A model generated the notes under the pieces. It was not told where the DNA came from and ran no database searches. It saw only the letters and a program-made list of their open reading frames with translations. 62,000 nucleotides of DNA from assembly GCF_000737315.1 (NCBI RefSeq), contig NZ_JMCB01000008.1:144001-206000 (forward strand), written 5' to 3'. This document shows positions 61,155 to 62,000 of the stretch, piece after piece. The DNA comes from Hyalangium minutum. GTDB lineage: Bacteria; Myxococcota; Myxococcia; Myxococcales; Myxococcaceae. Numbering within the stretch: the first letter of the stretch is position 1; every line of letters begins with the position of its first letter. Both the position numbers and the translations under genes were made by a program.

Positions 61155-62000
61155 ATGGACAAGATCGTCGTGAAGGGTGGCCCCGCGCTGCACGGGGAGG
61201 TGAAGGTCTCGGGAGCGAAGAATGCCGCGCTCCCCATCCTCGCCTCCTCGCTGCTGGCCGACGGGACAAGCGTCTACCGCAACGTGCCGGACCTGGTGGA
61301 TGTGTCCACCATGCTCAAGGTGCTCAACACCATGGGCTGCGAGGCCGAGCGCCTCACCGGCCGCCAGAAGAACGTCTGCCAGGTCGCCGTGGGTGGCAAC
61401 ACCATCACCCCCGAGGCCCCGTACGACTTGGTGAAGACCATGAGGGCCTCCGTGCTGGTACTCGGGCCGCTGGTGGCCCGCTACGGCCGCGCCCGCGTCT
61501 CCATGCCCGGTGGCTGCGCTATTGGCGCTCGGCCCATCGATCAGCACCTCAAGGGGCTCAAGGCCCTGGGCGCCGACATCACCCTCACCGAGGGCTATGT
61601 GGAGGCCCGCGCCAAGCACCTCAAGGGCGGCACGGTCAACTTTGACGTCATCACCGTCACCGGCACGGAGAACGTGATGATGGCGGCGGTGCTGGCCAAG
61701 GGCCACACCGTCCTGGAGAACTGCGCCCGCGAGCCCGAGGTGGAGGAGCTGGCCAAGGTCCTCAACAAGATGGGCGCCCGGATTGAGGGCGCCGGCACCT
61801 CCGTCATCACCATCGACGGGGTGGACTCCCTGCACCCAGTGGAGCACAGCATCCTCCCGGACCGCATCGAGGCAGGGACCCTGCTGGTGGCCGCAGCCAT
61901 CAGCGGCGGAGACGTGCTGGTGAAGCACGCCGTGCCCGAGCACCTGGAGCCCGTCATCCAGAAGCTGCGCGAGGCCGGCTGCACCCTCACCACCGAGAAC
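61155..62000 (+). CDS. murA: UDP-N-acetylglucosamine 1-carboxyvinyltransferase MurA (partial)
   Basis: MDKIVVKGG...[36 protein letters not shown] and PDRIEAGT. Runs off the window end. Confidence 0.96.
   Translation, partial: MDKIVVKGGPALHGEVKVSGAKNAALPILASSLLADGTSVYRNVPDLVDVSTMLKVLNTMGCEAERLTGRQKNVCQVAVGGNTITPEAPYDLVKTMRASVLVLGPLVARYGRARVSMPGGCAIGARPIDQHLKGLKALGADITLTEGYVEARAKHLKGGTVNFDVITVTGTENVMMAAVLAKGHTVLENCAREPEVEELAKVLNKMGARIEGAGTSVITIDGVDSLHPVEHSILPDRIEAGTLLVAAAISGGDVLVKHAVPEHLEPVIQKLREAGCTLTTEN

Overview
High-GC chromosomal DNA from a myxobacterium. It is probably Cystobacterineae (Hyalangium/Stigmatella/Archangium-like), and its gene order matches what I recall of the Myxococcus xanthus glt-groESL-smc-prfA region. 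The window holds the G1 gliding-motility cluster on the minus strand (gltD, E, F, G, H, an uncharacterised low-complexity/TPR gene and the 5' part of gltI/agmK). Housekeeping genes are cutA, aspartokinase, rpoZ, groES-groEL with a perfect CIRCE, grxC, smc, prfA-prmC and partial murA, plus a Gld-like ABC exporter. Two small accessory islands each encode a lipoprotein polymorphic toxin with a downstream immunity gene, and one also carries an internally deleted Ser/Thr kinase. The best candidate for a new system is the operon at 32235-37144: lipoprotein, ECF sigma, zinc-binding anti-sigma, exported caspase-like protease with a predicted outer-membrane barrel, and a paralogous lipoprotein. The protease's post-catalytic linker and the anti-sigma's periplasmic stalk share an RTKG motif, suggesting a caspase-triggered regulated-proteolysis cascade. 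Other leads are a DnaD-like/DnaC-like gene pair with no phage context, an orphan CheB with Glu at the phosphoacceptor site, a second CIRCE in front of a divergent uncharacterised gene pair, a GAFTGA-less FHA enhancer-binding protein, an easily missed 42-aa Lys/Arg-rich ORF, and a probable ACG start codon. All family assignments come from motif reading and recall; no database searches were run.
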